Part shown: piece after piece, positions 8,997 through 16,701 of the stretch
Layout of the letters: the number at the start of each line of letters is the position of its first letter
How positions within the stretch are numbered: the first letter of the stretch is position 1
Assembly: GCA_965248925.1 (NCBI GenBank)
Contig: CBDFLE010000006.1
Location: 2,272,001-2,336,000, forward strand
DNA length: 64,000 nt
From: Candidatus Multivoradales bacterium
GTDB lineage: Bacteria > Acidobacteriota > Thermoanaerobaculia > Multivoradales > J023
Direction: 5' to 3'
Position numbers and translations under genes: made by a program
Notes under the pieces: model-generated
What the model was told of the DNA's origin: nothing
What the model saw: the letters and a program-made list of their open reading frames with translations, nothing else
Database searches by the model: none

Positions 8997-9914
8997 TCAA
9001 GGTCTCCGTGCTCGCGCCAAACCCCTCCCCACCCCAACCCGATTCCTCCAGATCCCCTCGAACAAGACGTTCTGCGCCTTGAACGCTTCCACATCCGTCA
9101 TGCTCAGCAGCTCAAACCCCGGCTGCTCAGCCAACGACTCCGCCAGATTCTTCACCCGCCGCGGAGTCGTCGTCACCAGCAGCACCCGGAAGTCCCGCAC
9201 CTCGCCGTAGCGCTGCCAGAGCCGGTTTTCGGGAACAGTCGGATCTGACGCTTTCAGATAGTGGTGGTACGCCAACAGCTTCGTCGCCAACTGTTGCGAA
9301 CTCTCCGATCCGCGATCCGCTTCAAGGAAGTAGAGCCTCGCCCGCTTTCCCTGCCGCAGAGCAAAGACCAGATCGGGGCGAATGCGCAGCGGAACCGACT
9401 CCCCAGCCACGACCACATCTTCCTGCGTCACGAAGCGCTCGACGTGTTTGCGCTTCGCCGGATTGCCCACCGCATGCGTCGTCAGGAACGGCACACCGAG
9501 AGGTGCCAGATCGGAAAGCTCGAAGCTGCTGCGCCGGATCGACTCCACAAACCGCACTGCCCCCTCGCTGACCAGCAGGGCATGTTGAAGCTGGCGCTCC
9601 GTTTCCTCCCCGCGTGGCTGGTACAGCCGCCTCTGGCGAATACCAAACCGTTCGCGCAGCTCCGGCAATGCTTGCTCGGTTAGGAAGTAGATGCGCTCGC
9701 GCGTCTCCACCATCCGATCATCCGCCAGATAGCCAGCTTGGTAGAGCCGACGCAGCCGTTTGCGCACGTTGTGCAACGACGAGAGGCGTCCCGTGCCCGG
9801 CTGGAAATAGCCCAGCCGCCGCAGCTGCCCGAGCGTCAACACGCGCAGCATCCAGAGCCAGCTAAACAGCTCGACATCGGTGGCGGTCAGCACTAATCGG
9901 GAAACACGAAGCAC
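8997..9914 (-). CDS. Replication-relaxation family protein (Replic_Relax, MOBC-like relaxase)
   Basis: N-terminal wHTH (VRKRLRRLYQAGYL, IYFLTEQA), QHALLVSE, IRPDLVF, YFLEADRGSE, KLLAY, FRVLLVTTTPRR: PD-(D/E)XK-type pattern typical of PF13814. Confidence 0.88.
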   Translation of the reverse strand: MLRVSRLVLTATDVELFSWLWMLRVLTLGQLRRLGYFQPGTGRLSSLHNVRKRLRRLYQAGYLADDRMVETRERIYFLTEQALPELRERFGIRQRRLYQPRGEETERQLQHALLVSEGAVRFVESIRRSSFELSDLAPLGVPFLTTHAVGNPAKRKHVERFVTQEDVVVAGESVPLRIRPDLVFALRQGKRARLYFLEADRGSESSQQLATKLLAYHHYLKASDPTVPENRLWQRYGEVRDFRVLLVTTTPRRVKNLAESLAEQPGFELLSMTDVEAFKAQNVLFEGIWRNRVGVGRGLARARRP

Positions 9915-9938
9915 GCCCGGATTCTACCGCGAGACGCC

Positions 9939-10175
9939 TCACCATTCCGGTCCCGGATCCGATGTTGACGACCGCAGCTGCGCCTCGATCCACGCTTCCA
10001 GATCCTCCGGCCGGTAGCGAATCGCCCGCGCCGAGATCTTCACGAACTGCGGTCCGCGACCCTGATAGCGCCACGCCTGCAAGGCGCGCGGCGTCAGGCT
10101 GAGCAGCTTCGCCGCTTGCACCTCTGTCAGGAGCGGTTGGCGCTGCGCGTGCGTAGTTTTCTCCATCGCGATCAT
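9939..10175 (-). CDS. AlpA/excisionase-like helix-turn-helix protein (HTH_17)
   Basis: LLTEVQAAKLLSLTPRALQAWRYQGRGPQFVKISARAIRYRPEDLEAWI; GGAGG 6 nt before the ATG at 10175. Confidence 0.9.
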   Translation of the reverse strand: MIAMEKTTHAQRQPLLTEVQAAKLLSLTPRALQAWRYQGRGPQFVKISARAIRYRPEDLEAWIEAQLRSSTSDPGPEW

Positions 10176-10543
10176 CGTGTGCCTCCATGTTTCTTCACGA
10201 GTCTGAAACGCCCCTACTGGGCTTCGCTGTACGTCCGTTCGGCCATATGAAAACGCTAGCAAGCCCCTGAAATCCTGCCAATTACCCTTCTGCCGTACCC
10301 GCTGCTTGGGTACCCCCACCGGGTGGGCTCAGCGGGTAGGCTTCGTTTTCTTAAACTACTGAAATAGAACGGATTCGACATTCTCACTTTCTCTACTCGC
10401 AGATCCCGCTCTGCGCACCAGAAGAGGGAAACACTCTTCCGACCGGCTGTCGGGAACGCTGGTGGCTGGTGGGGTGGCGGTGGGGATCGGGATGGAAGAT
10501 GAAGAAACGGGAGCCCAAGCCAATGGACTCCCGTGGTCACCGG

Positions 10544-10723
10544 TCATTCCGGCAGTGAGCCATTCTCCGTCAGGAAGACTTCGCCAAGCTTGGAGCCGCA
10601 ACTCAGGCAGCGATAGATGGTCCAGCGACGCTCTGGATGATTGAGCAAACGGCTGTCTTCAATGCAGAGGTCGTGCTGCTCGATCTCGCACATCGGACAA
10701 GTGAAGGATTTGAAGTTCTTCAT
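10544..10723 (-). CDS. 59-aa Zn-ribbon protein
   Basis: MKNFKSFTCPMC...YRCLSC; ATG preceded by a pyrimidine tract like neighbouring genes. Confidence 0.6.
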   Translation of the reverse strand: MKNFKSFTCPMCEIEQHDLCIEDSRLLNHPERRWTIYRCLSCGSKLGEVFLTENGSLPE

Positions 10724-10961
10724 GGGAAGAGGGGTTAAAGGATGAAAACGCCCTCGCGCTACCGGTGAGGAGCGCCGGGTCCAGGAGGAGTCGCGCCGCA
10801 GGCGTGAAGGCTCCTGGAGGCGGCGCGAACGACGCCGGTACGCTGAGAGGAGTTTTCGACGGCAACTCAGGGTCGGAGGGTGGCGGTGGTGGATGAGGAA
10901 CTTGCAGCAGCGAGCATGAAAAGAGGGAGCCGCCCAGCCAGGCTGGAAGACTCCCGAGTAC

Positions 10962-11597
10962 TCACGCCAATCCCAGACGCTTGCGCGCAATCGCCGCGTA
11001 CTCCGGATCCAGCTCGATGCCGTAGAAATGTCGCCCCAGGCGCTGCGCCGCCTCACCAGTTGTCCCCGAACCCGCGAACGGATCAAGCACCATGTCGCCC
11101 GGCCTGGAAAATGCGCCGATCAGCGGCTCGATCGCACTGAGCGGTTTCTGCGTCGGATGCAGTCTGTTGCCCGTGTAACTCCACGGCAGTACATCATTGA
11201 GTAGCACCGCCGGTTGCTCTGGCTGACCTTTAGCCAGCAGATACGCCGACTCGTGCAAGCGCCGGACATACCGTTGAGACGACGCATACGATTTCGCCCA
11301 GACCAAGTGCCCGACCGGTCGCAGACCGGACTGCCGCCAAGCATGGAGAAACGTGTCCGCCTGCTGCCAACCATAAAACGAGATGCAGTAGCTGTTCGCC
11401 TTCAGCACCCGCGAGATTTCTTGAAAGGCCGGCTCCAGCCAATCGGCTTGTCGGTCGTTGCAAATCTTCCGCCCATCACGCGAGCGGTAGTCCACCAAGT
11501 ACGGCGGATCGGTGACCACCAGATCCACCTTGGCGTCCGGTACGCCTTTGAGAACTTCGATGCAGTCGCCGGTGATGATTTTGGAATGTGTCTTCAT
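10962..11597 (-). CDS. Orphan DNA methyltransferase (N6-adenine/N4-cytosine, beta class; plasmid leading-region type)
   Basis: GDCIEVL, VDLVVTDPPY (motif IV), HPTQKP, VLDPFAGSGTT (motif I), GIELD; no restriction enzyme nearby. Confidence 0.93.
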   Translation of the reverse strand: MKTHSKIITGDCIEVLKGVPDAKVDLVVTDPPYLVDYRSRDGRKICNDRQADWLEPAFQEISRVLKANSYCISFYGWQQADTFLHAWRQSGLRPVGHLVWAKSYASSQRYVRRLHESAYLLAKGQPEQPAVLLNDVLPWSYTGNRLHPTQKPLSAIEPLIGAFSRPGDMVLDPFAGSGTTGEAAQRLGRHFYGIELDPEYAAIARKRLGLA

Positions 11598-11904
11598 AAG
11601 AAGTGAGAAAAAAAAGAGCAACGGAGCCAGCCTTCGACTGACCAGCTCCGCCGCCAATGCTAGCCACAGCAGTCTGGATTGGCACGCTTGCCGTCCAGCT
11701 GATCAAGGTGACAGCTACATAGGAAACCAGCGCAATTCGGGCATTGATACTCAGTAGTGGAGTTCCCGCCATAGGAGCCAGCAGTCGTGATCCAGGCATC
11801 ATCTTGTTCCTTCTGGCAGTTCGGGCAGATGTAGGAGTTGGAGTTCATGAGAAGTGAGAAAAAAAAGAGCAGCGGAGCCAGTATCGAGTACCAACTCCGC
11901 CGCT
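11598..11904 (-). repeat. Two ~58-bp direct repeats (about 11598-11655 and 11849-11904), each a hairpin plus T8 tract immediately 5' of an ATG
   Basis: Both read GCGGCGGAG(C/T)TGGT...CTGGCTCCG(T/C)TGCTCTTTTTTTTCTCACTTCT(T/C)ATG on the minus strand. Confidence 0.9.
11660..11848 (-). CDS. 62-aa Cys-rich (double CPNC) small protein
   Basis: YICPNC...YQCPNC...CSCH...CCG, located exactly between the two repeats. Confidence 0.7.
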   Translation of the reverse strand: MNSNSYICPNCQKEQDDAWITTAGSYGGNSTTEYQCPNCAGFLCSCHLDQLDGKRANPDCCG

Positions 11905-11914
11905 GCCGATGATG

Positions 11915-12118
11915 TTAGACCGCGTCAGCTGCCGACCGACCGGTCGAAGGTGCAGCCTTCGGCTCCATCAGGACGAACCGGCCATCAGGCGGCAGAACGT
12001 CCAAAACGACATTCAAGCCGTTGCCGTTCTTGGTCTTCCAAGCGGCGCCGATCTTCGTGAAGAAACCGTCCTTGACGTGGAAGGCTTCATAGACCGGAGT
12101 GTTCTTTGCAGAACTCAT
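11915..12118 (-). CDS. Small putative ssDNA-binding-like protein
   Basis: FTKIGAAWKTKNGNGLNVVLDVLPPDGRFVLMEP resembles a small family common on mobile elements (KIGAAW...G.N..LD..P.DG); function inferred. Confidence 0.7.
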   Translation of the reverse strand: MSSAKNTPVYEAFHVKDGFFTKIGAAWKTKNGNGLNVVLDVLPPDGRFVLMEPKAAPSTGRSAADAV

Positions 12119-12159
12119 GAGAAAATGGGTAAAAGAATAAAAAACGCCGACCGAGTGAA

Positions 12160-12320
12160 TCGATCGACACCTTGAGCACAGCAGACAGAGGCTCCGCGCC
12201 GCAAGGAGGAGTCGCAGGGAAGGCACAGGAATAGTCCGCCGCAGGCGGAATCTGCTGTGCCGACCGAGAAGCTCCTTGCGGCGTGGAGATGTCTGCTAAA
12301 ATGAGAGGTGTTGAGCGATC
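12160..12320 (+). promoter_or_regulatory. Long imperfect stem-loop, Frpo/ssi-like ssDNA promoter candidate
   Basis: Nested inverted repeats TCGACACC/GGTGTTGA, AGCAGACA/TGTCTGCT, CTCCGCGCCGCAAGGAG/CTCCTTGCGGCGTGGAG, GGCACAG/CTGTGCC, TCCGCC/GGCGGA. G:T pairs fall on the plus strand. Confidence 0.65.
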
Positions 12321-12332
12321 CCTCCATTCAGA

Positions 12333-12361
12333 TTGACCGATCCTTATCGAGAAAGTACAAT
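12333..12361 (+). promoter_or_regulatory. Sigma70-type promoter for the DUF1640-like gene
   Basis: TTGACC-17 nt-TACAAT. Confidence 0.7.
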
Positions 12362-12387
12362 ATATCTACTTTCATTACTCCTGCCTC

Positions 12388-12630
12388 ATGGCTCATTCAG
12401 CCACCTTCGACACCCTCGCCTACGCCAAGAAAATGAAAGCTGCCGGCTTCACCGAGCAGCAAGCGGAAGGTCAAGCCGCAGCCCTCGCTGAAGTCATTGA
12501 CGAACGGATGGCAACCAAGCAAGATTTGCAGAATCTGGAAGAGCGGCTGATCCTCAGACTCACTATCCGTACCGGCAGCATGCTTGCTGCCACCATCGCG
12601 ATTCTTGCTACCCTGATCAAATTGCTTTAG
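12388..12630 (+). CDS. DUF1640/CCDC90-like small coiled-coil membrane protein
   Basis: FDTLAYAKKMKAAGFTEQQAE...ATKQDL and a C-terminal TM helix. Confidence 0.85.
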   Translation: MAHSATFDTLAYAKKMKAAGFTEQQAEGQAAALAEVIDERMATKQDLQNLEERLILRLTIRTGSMLAATIAILATLIKLL

Positions 12631-12701
12631 TTTCGCTCCCCAAAACCCACTTGCTGGATTCTGAGAGAAGTGTACAATGAGACTATTCTCACCTGAATCC
12701 C

Positions 12702-12845
12702 ATGGCCTTAACCGTCCAGAAACTCCGCAAGATCACCGGCAGCAAGACCCTTGAAGATTTCAAGCGCGACTACAAGAAGCGCACTGGACAAGAGCTGAAG
12801 AAGGTCCCGAAGCTCTCCCTGAAGACCAAGCTTGTTCTCAAGTAA
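12702..12845 (+). CDS. 47-aa Lys-rich protein (not in the ORF track)
   Basis: MALTVQKLRKITGSKTLEDFKRDYKKRTGQELKKVPKLSLKTKLVLK; preceded by TTGCTG-16 nt-TACAAT at 12651-12678. Confidence 0.6.
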   Translation: MALTVQKLRKITGSKTLEDFKRDYKKRTGQELKKVPKLSLKTKLVLK

Positions 12846-12895
12846 CTATCGAGATCCTCATCCGCCAGCGCCGGCCTTTCGTCCAGCTACCCGTC

Positions 12896-13237
12896 TTGAC
12901 CAAGACTGGGCGTTTCCGAAAAATGCGATTTCTCGTCGATACTGGCTTCACTGGAAGCTGTGTCTTCATTATTCGCAAAGGCGGAACCGTGCCCGATGTC
13001 GACTTGTCGGAGATCGAGGAGCTGCCAGCAGAAAGTTGGATCGAGGTCGCCAGCGGCGAGCAGGAACGGACCTTCTCAGCACTGACCGCCTTCAAGCTCG
13101 AAGCTGACACCCCATTGCCGGTGCTGTTGATGGAAGCCGAGGACTACGATGATCCGATTGTGGGCATGCAGTTCCTGGAAGAGCAGCAAAAGACCCTGCA
13201 CCTCGACTTTGGCGCGCGGTCGTTCTACTTGAATTGA
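12896..13237 (+). CDS. Single-domain clan AA (retropepsin-like) aspartic protease
   Basis: FLVDTGFTG catalytic motif and PIVGMQFL...LHLDF. The true start may lie near 12848 because the frame is open upstream. Confidence 0.8.
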   Translation: MTKTGRFRKMRFLVDTGFTGSCVFIIRKGGTVPDVDLSEIEELPAESWIEVASGEQERTFSALTAFKLEADTPLPVLLMEAEDYDDPIVGMQFLEEQQKTLHLDFGARSFYLN

Positions 13238-13366
13238 TCCGATCGAGATCAGCCACACCGCAGCGCTGAGCACAACACTGCATTGTGCGAAGTTGTAACG
13301 GAGTGGAAACTCCTCGCACAATGTCCGGTTGTGCCGGCGCGGTATTGACTGCGATCTGATTGGATT
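13236..13366. other. ~130-nt long imperfect hairpin
   Basis: ATCCGATC/GATTGGAT, AGATC/GATCT, GCGCTG/CGGCGC, GCACAAC/GTTGTGC, CATTGTGCGA/TCGCACAATG, with an inner GGAGT/ACTCC. Confidence 0.75.
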
Positions 13367-13506
13367 CTTGGGAATGGAGAAACCGACCAACCCCCACCCG
13401 AAGGGTCGGGATCACCAATACGACCAGAATGCGTCCCGCGCACTTCTCGTACTTTTCAATCGGAAGTTCGAACTGATCGCGAGATGTTCTTCGTGTCTGC
13501 TGCCCT

Positions 13507-14808
13507 CTATTGAGGGAAACGGACCTTCCTCGCAGTGGGGGCGATTTCGATCTGGTGAGGAAGATAGCTGCCTTCGACCCAGGCGATGACCATCCCATCT
13601 AACGTCCTGCGAAGCTTCTCCGTTGCCTTGAGGAACCCAGCAAGCGAGTGAATCTCAGTCTCACCCTGCCACTCCTGATCGCCGCCTCCATCGTGGCGAG
13701 CTAGAGGTCGCCAAACCAGCAGAGGAACGCGCAGCGCGCCCAAATAGTTGGCAGCTTGCTGGGGCGTCAGCGAGCTGGAGTCCTCGACGCGTCCCGATCG
13801 GATTAAGACCACGGCGCGGGCTCGCCCGGAACCAGCGGCTACGAAACCCGCCATCGCAACGGCATCCGCAATACGTTGCGATCCCTGCGGAAAATCCCGA
13901 TCAGGAAAAAAGCTATTCGCAACTAGTTCCAAGAGGGAGCGTGAGCCGTTGTCAGAAATGTCTTCTGACACCGGGAGAGCAGAGATCGCCGTCAGGTCTG
14001 GTGCTTCTTCCGCAAACACGACCCGTAGCTGATCGCCAGGACGCAAGCCGCGCAGATCTCGTCCCGAGAGGTCTCCCTTTCGCCGCACATGCATAAGCAA
14101 GTAGAGGTCCATCAAAGATTCAAGATTCCACTCTGACCCCTCGCGTACCACCACGATCTCGGCGTACCCGTGATCGACTGCCACCGTGCGTAACGGGCGC
14201 TTCTGAGCAGTGAGGACTTGCTGGAGATGCTCCAGCTTGACGCTACGGCGTCGACCCCAGGCTAGAGGGACGCTTGTGAGACCGCTCTGTGCGACATCTT
14301 GGAAACAGCAACCGAGCACCATCGTTGCTTGCGCTCGCAGCGTATCGGTGAAGACAACCTCTGCACGAAGAAGATTAGGCGCAGTCGGATCGAGCTTCGG
14401 AAGCGCAACGATCCCTTCCTGATCAACACTGAGGGCTAGGTCATCGAGCGAGACCGTAGCAGCTCGTTCCTTCCGGCCAGCCCGCTCTTCCCAGACGAGA
14501 CGAACAGTGTCCGGCGTTCCCTGCTCCCGAACGAAGCGAGCCGCGACTTCGGCGCCGGGGATATTAACGAGCTGACGCGCCTCCGCGACCGCGTCGCCAT
14601 TTGGCAATCGCCCGACCGCGCGGAGTTCGTGAGGCAGGAGAGCATTCCCCAGATCGCAGACGATCGCCCACGGCTCGTCATGGTCGACCCCGCAACTGGT
14701 ACCGTCGAGGAACAGCTCGACGCTCACCACCTCGGCACTCGTGGATGCCAGTCTCACTTCCTGGGGGCCAGTCATCAGGCCGAGGAAGAGCGTCAGGAAT
14801 TCGAGCAT
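13507..14808 (-). CDS. Hypothetical exported protein (Ig-like N-terminus, VWA-like C-terminus)
   Basis: 433-aa ORF; hydrophobic N-terminus; RIADAVA..G..AA...RARAVVLI pattern resembling a degenerate VWA domain. Confidence 0.7.
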   Translation of the reverse strand: MLEFLTLFLGLMTGPQEVRLASTSAEVVSVELFLDGTSCGVDHDEPWAIVCDLGNALLPHELRAVGRLPNGDAVAEARQLVNIPGAEVAARFVREQGTPDTVRLVWEERAGRKERAATVSLDDLALSVDQEGIVALPKLDPTAPNLLRAEVVFTDTLRAQATMVLGCCFQDVAQSGLTSVPLAWGRRRSVKLEHLQQVLTAQKRPLRTVAVDHGYAEIVVVREGSEWNLESLMDLYLLMHVRRKGDLSGRDLRGLRPGDQLRVVFAEEAPDLTAISALPVSEDISDNGSRSLLELVANSFFPDRDFPQGSQRIADAVAMAGFVAAGSGRARAVVLIRSGRVEDSSSLTPQQAANYLGALRVPLLVWRPLARHDGGGDQEWQGETEIHSLAGFLKATEKLRRTLDGMVIAWVEGSYLPHQIEIAPTARKVRFPQ

Positions 14809-14855
14809 CTCAACTCTCTGGTTTCAGGTGACCCGGCTCGGAACGAACGCATTCT

Positions 14856-15617
14856 CTAGTCGGCGCGATAATCGATCTGGAATGAGAGCAGAGTAAGAGA
14901 CCCCACGCTCGCAACGGCCTTTTCGTCATAGCGGAACTTCGCATAGGTGTTCAACGTCACATAGGCAAAGATCGGCGGACCAGAAGTCTCGCGAACCACC
15001 GGGCGTGCGACCGAGCCGTCCTCACGGACATCAACATAGAACGACACCGATCCACCAATTCCGGAAATTACCATTGCCGACATGAGGCGAGTTGCTTCCT
15101 TACCCTGCTGCTCCATGTTCCATCGAACCTGAGCCTGGGCTACAGCCGGAGTCGAGTTCACGACTTTTTTTGTGCCGAGATCAGAGGAATCGAGCACCTC
15201 AGTCAGTAAACGGGCATCTTGGCCCTCCAAGACTCGCGCTGCCAATCTGGGGAATGTGGAGAGTTTCAGGTCTCTGACTCCAGGCGCCAGGTTCTGAGCA
15301 ACATGCCACATCCAGAGTGCCCTGTCCTCTTCTCCAGTACCGGCTAGTGCGAGCGCTTTTAGTGCTGCGAGATGCCCTAGAGATCCGGCATCCATAATAC
15401 GTTCAGCGCTCGACTCAATAAGCGCGAGTTCAAGACGATGAATTGCGCGGGACGCCTTCTTCCAATTAGCTGCTTGGAGAAAAGTCTCTATCCTCTCCAT
15501 CTTTGCAGACGTCAACTGCGCGGCTGTCAATGCTGGTGCCCAAAAGACCAGGAGCGCTAAGCTGAATCTGACAAGTGGCGTTCTCACGGAACCAGCAGAA
15601 CCGACAATCCTACTCAT
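14856..15617 (-). CDS. Exported protein with a C-terminal TonB-C-like domain
   Basis: Signal peptide; C-terminal GSVSFYVDVREDGSVARPVVRE...YAKFRY resembles TonB_C. Confidence 0.6.
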   Translation of the reverse strand: MSRIVGSAGSVRTPLVRFSLALLVFWAPALTAAQLTSAKMERIETFLQAANWKKASRAIHRLELALIESSAERIMDAGSLGHLAALKALALAGTGEEDRALWMWHVAQNLAPGVRDLKLSTFPRLAARVLEGQDARLLTEVLDSSDLGTKKVVNSTPAVAQAQVRWNMEQQGKEATRLMSAMVISGIGGSVSFYVDVREDGSVARPVVRETSGPPIFAYVTLNTYAKFRYDEKAVASVGSLTLLSFQIDYRAD

Positions 15618-15713
15618 AGAATATAGAGCCCCAGGGAGAGATTAGTCTCGAAAATAATGCGCGGTGCGACGCCAGGACGACGGACTGGATTGATCGCTAC
15701 GAGCTAACGATCG

Positions 15714-15929
15714 CTAGGAGCAAGTTGTCTCGGTGAATTGCACTGCGGTACCGTTTGAAAGAAAGTAGAGATATGTGATTTGGTGGCAGACGATCTGCCC
15801 TCCCCCCGAGAAGACGATATCGTCAACGATGATGTAGTCTAGGCACTCGCCGGATGGCGCACATTGCCCGAAGCTGATTGCGGGGAGGAACACGAGCATG
15901 AGAGCTGTGAGAATTACTGCTAGTTTCAT
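15714..15929 (-). CDS. 71-aa secreted peptide with 4 Cys
   Basis: GGAGG RBS; MKLAVILTALMLVFLPAISFG signal peptide; mature part QCAPSGEC...VC...TCS. Confidence 0.75.
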   Translation of the reverse strand: MKLAVILTALMLVFLPAISFGQCAPSGECLDYIIVDDIVFSGGGQIVCHQITYLYFLSNGTAVQFTETTCS

Positions 15930-16290
15930 AGGAATAGCCTCCAAAGTAGAAATACGTAAACAGAGTACCCAAAGTACCTCTTGTCAGCACCGCACTAGAC
16001 ACTCTATCATTATAGACAAGGGGCTGGCGATGACCTTGTTCTCTTCTCACTAGGCATCTGTCGATGCACCAGCATCACTCTCCCAGAGGAATTTGCGGCA
16101 CCGCGCCGCTAGTTTCCGGTCATGGTTTTGGACCAGAGACCTCGCCGCGCAAGTGAGTTCTTCTGACGCTGGACACCTGGAGTTTTTCATCAAGAGAAAA
16201 AGAAGAGACGGCCGGCCCTATCCGCATCGAATGGCGACCATCCGGAGCCCAGATTCCCTGTTTCCAAGCGATGTCGTCTCTCGCCAGTAG

Positions 16291-16701
16291 CTAAGATCCT
16301 AATTCGCGAATCAAGCGCTGCCGTATTCGCCGCATGCGCGATCTGTCACCTCGAAAGCGCGCAATCCGCGAGCCGAGCACCGTGATCAGCCCGGCGTATT
16401 CGATCCCGCGATCTCGCTCCGGATCGAGCAGGTCATGCGCACGTTTCCAGGTCCGACCGTCCGCCGAGAGCAGCAGATCCACCTCTCGGTTAAGTTGCAA
16501 CGCTGAGAACGCCCAATGGAAGGACCCGATCCTGATCTGCGCATCGCGCGCTAGTTCTTGCAGGTCGGCCAGCAACGGTCCCGTCAGCGGATCGCGGCCG
16601 ATCAGATACCACGCCAGCCGGCCGAGTTCTGGACTCGCCTCTTCCGCTAATAGCAGCAAGTTGGCGACATCATCGTGCTTGGGCGTGAGCGCCGGGGTCA
16701 C
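16291..16701 (-). CDS. Hypothetical protein
   Basis: 136-aa ORF whose GTG overlaps the stop of the upstream ORF (GTGA). Confidence 0.65.
   Translation of the reverse strand: MTPALTPKHDDVANLLLLAEEASPELGRLAWYLIGRDPLTGPLLADLQELARDAQIRIGSFHWAFSALQLNREVDLLLSADGRTWKRAHDLLDPERDRGIEYAGLITVLGSRIARFRGDRSRMRRIRQRLIRELGS

Noticed and set aside
11598-11920. Repeats as integron attC sites (GTCTAAC fits RYYYAAC at one stop codon)
   Set aside because: No matching GTTRRRY at the other end, the second copy lacks the core, and there is no IntI in the window.
13236-13366. Long hairpin as a retron msd or DGR element
   Set aside because: No reverse transcriptase in the window and no template/variable repeat pair seen.
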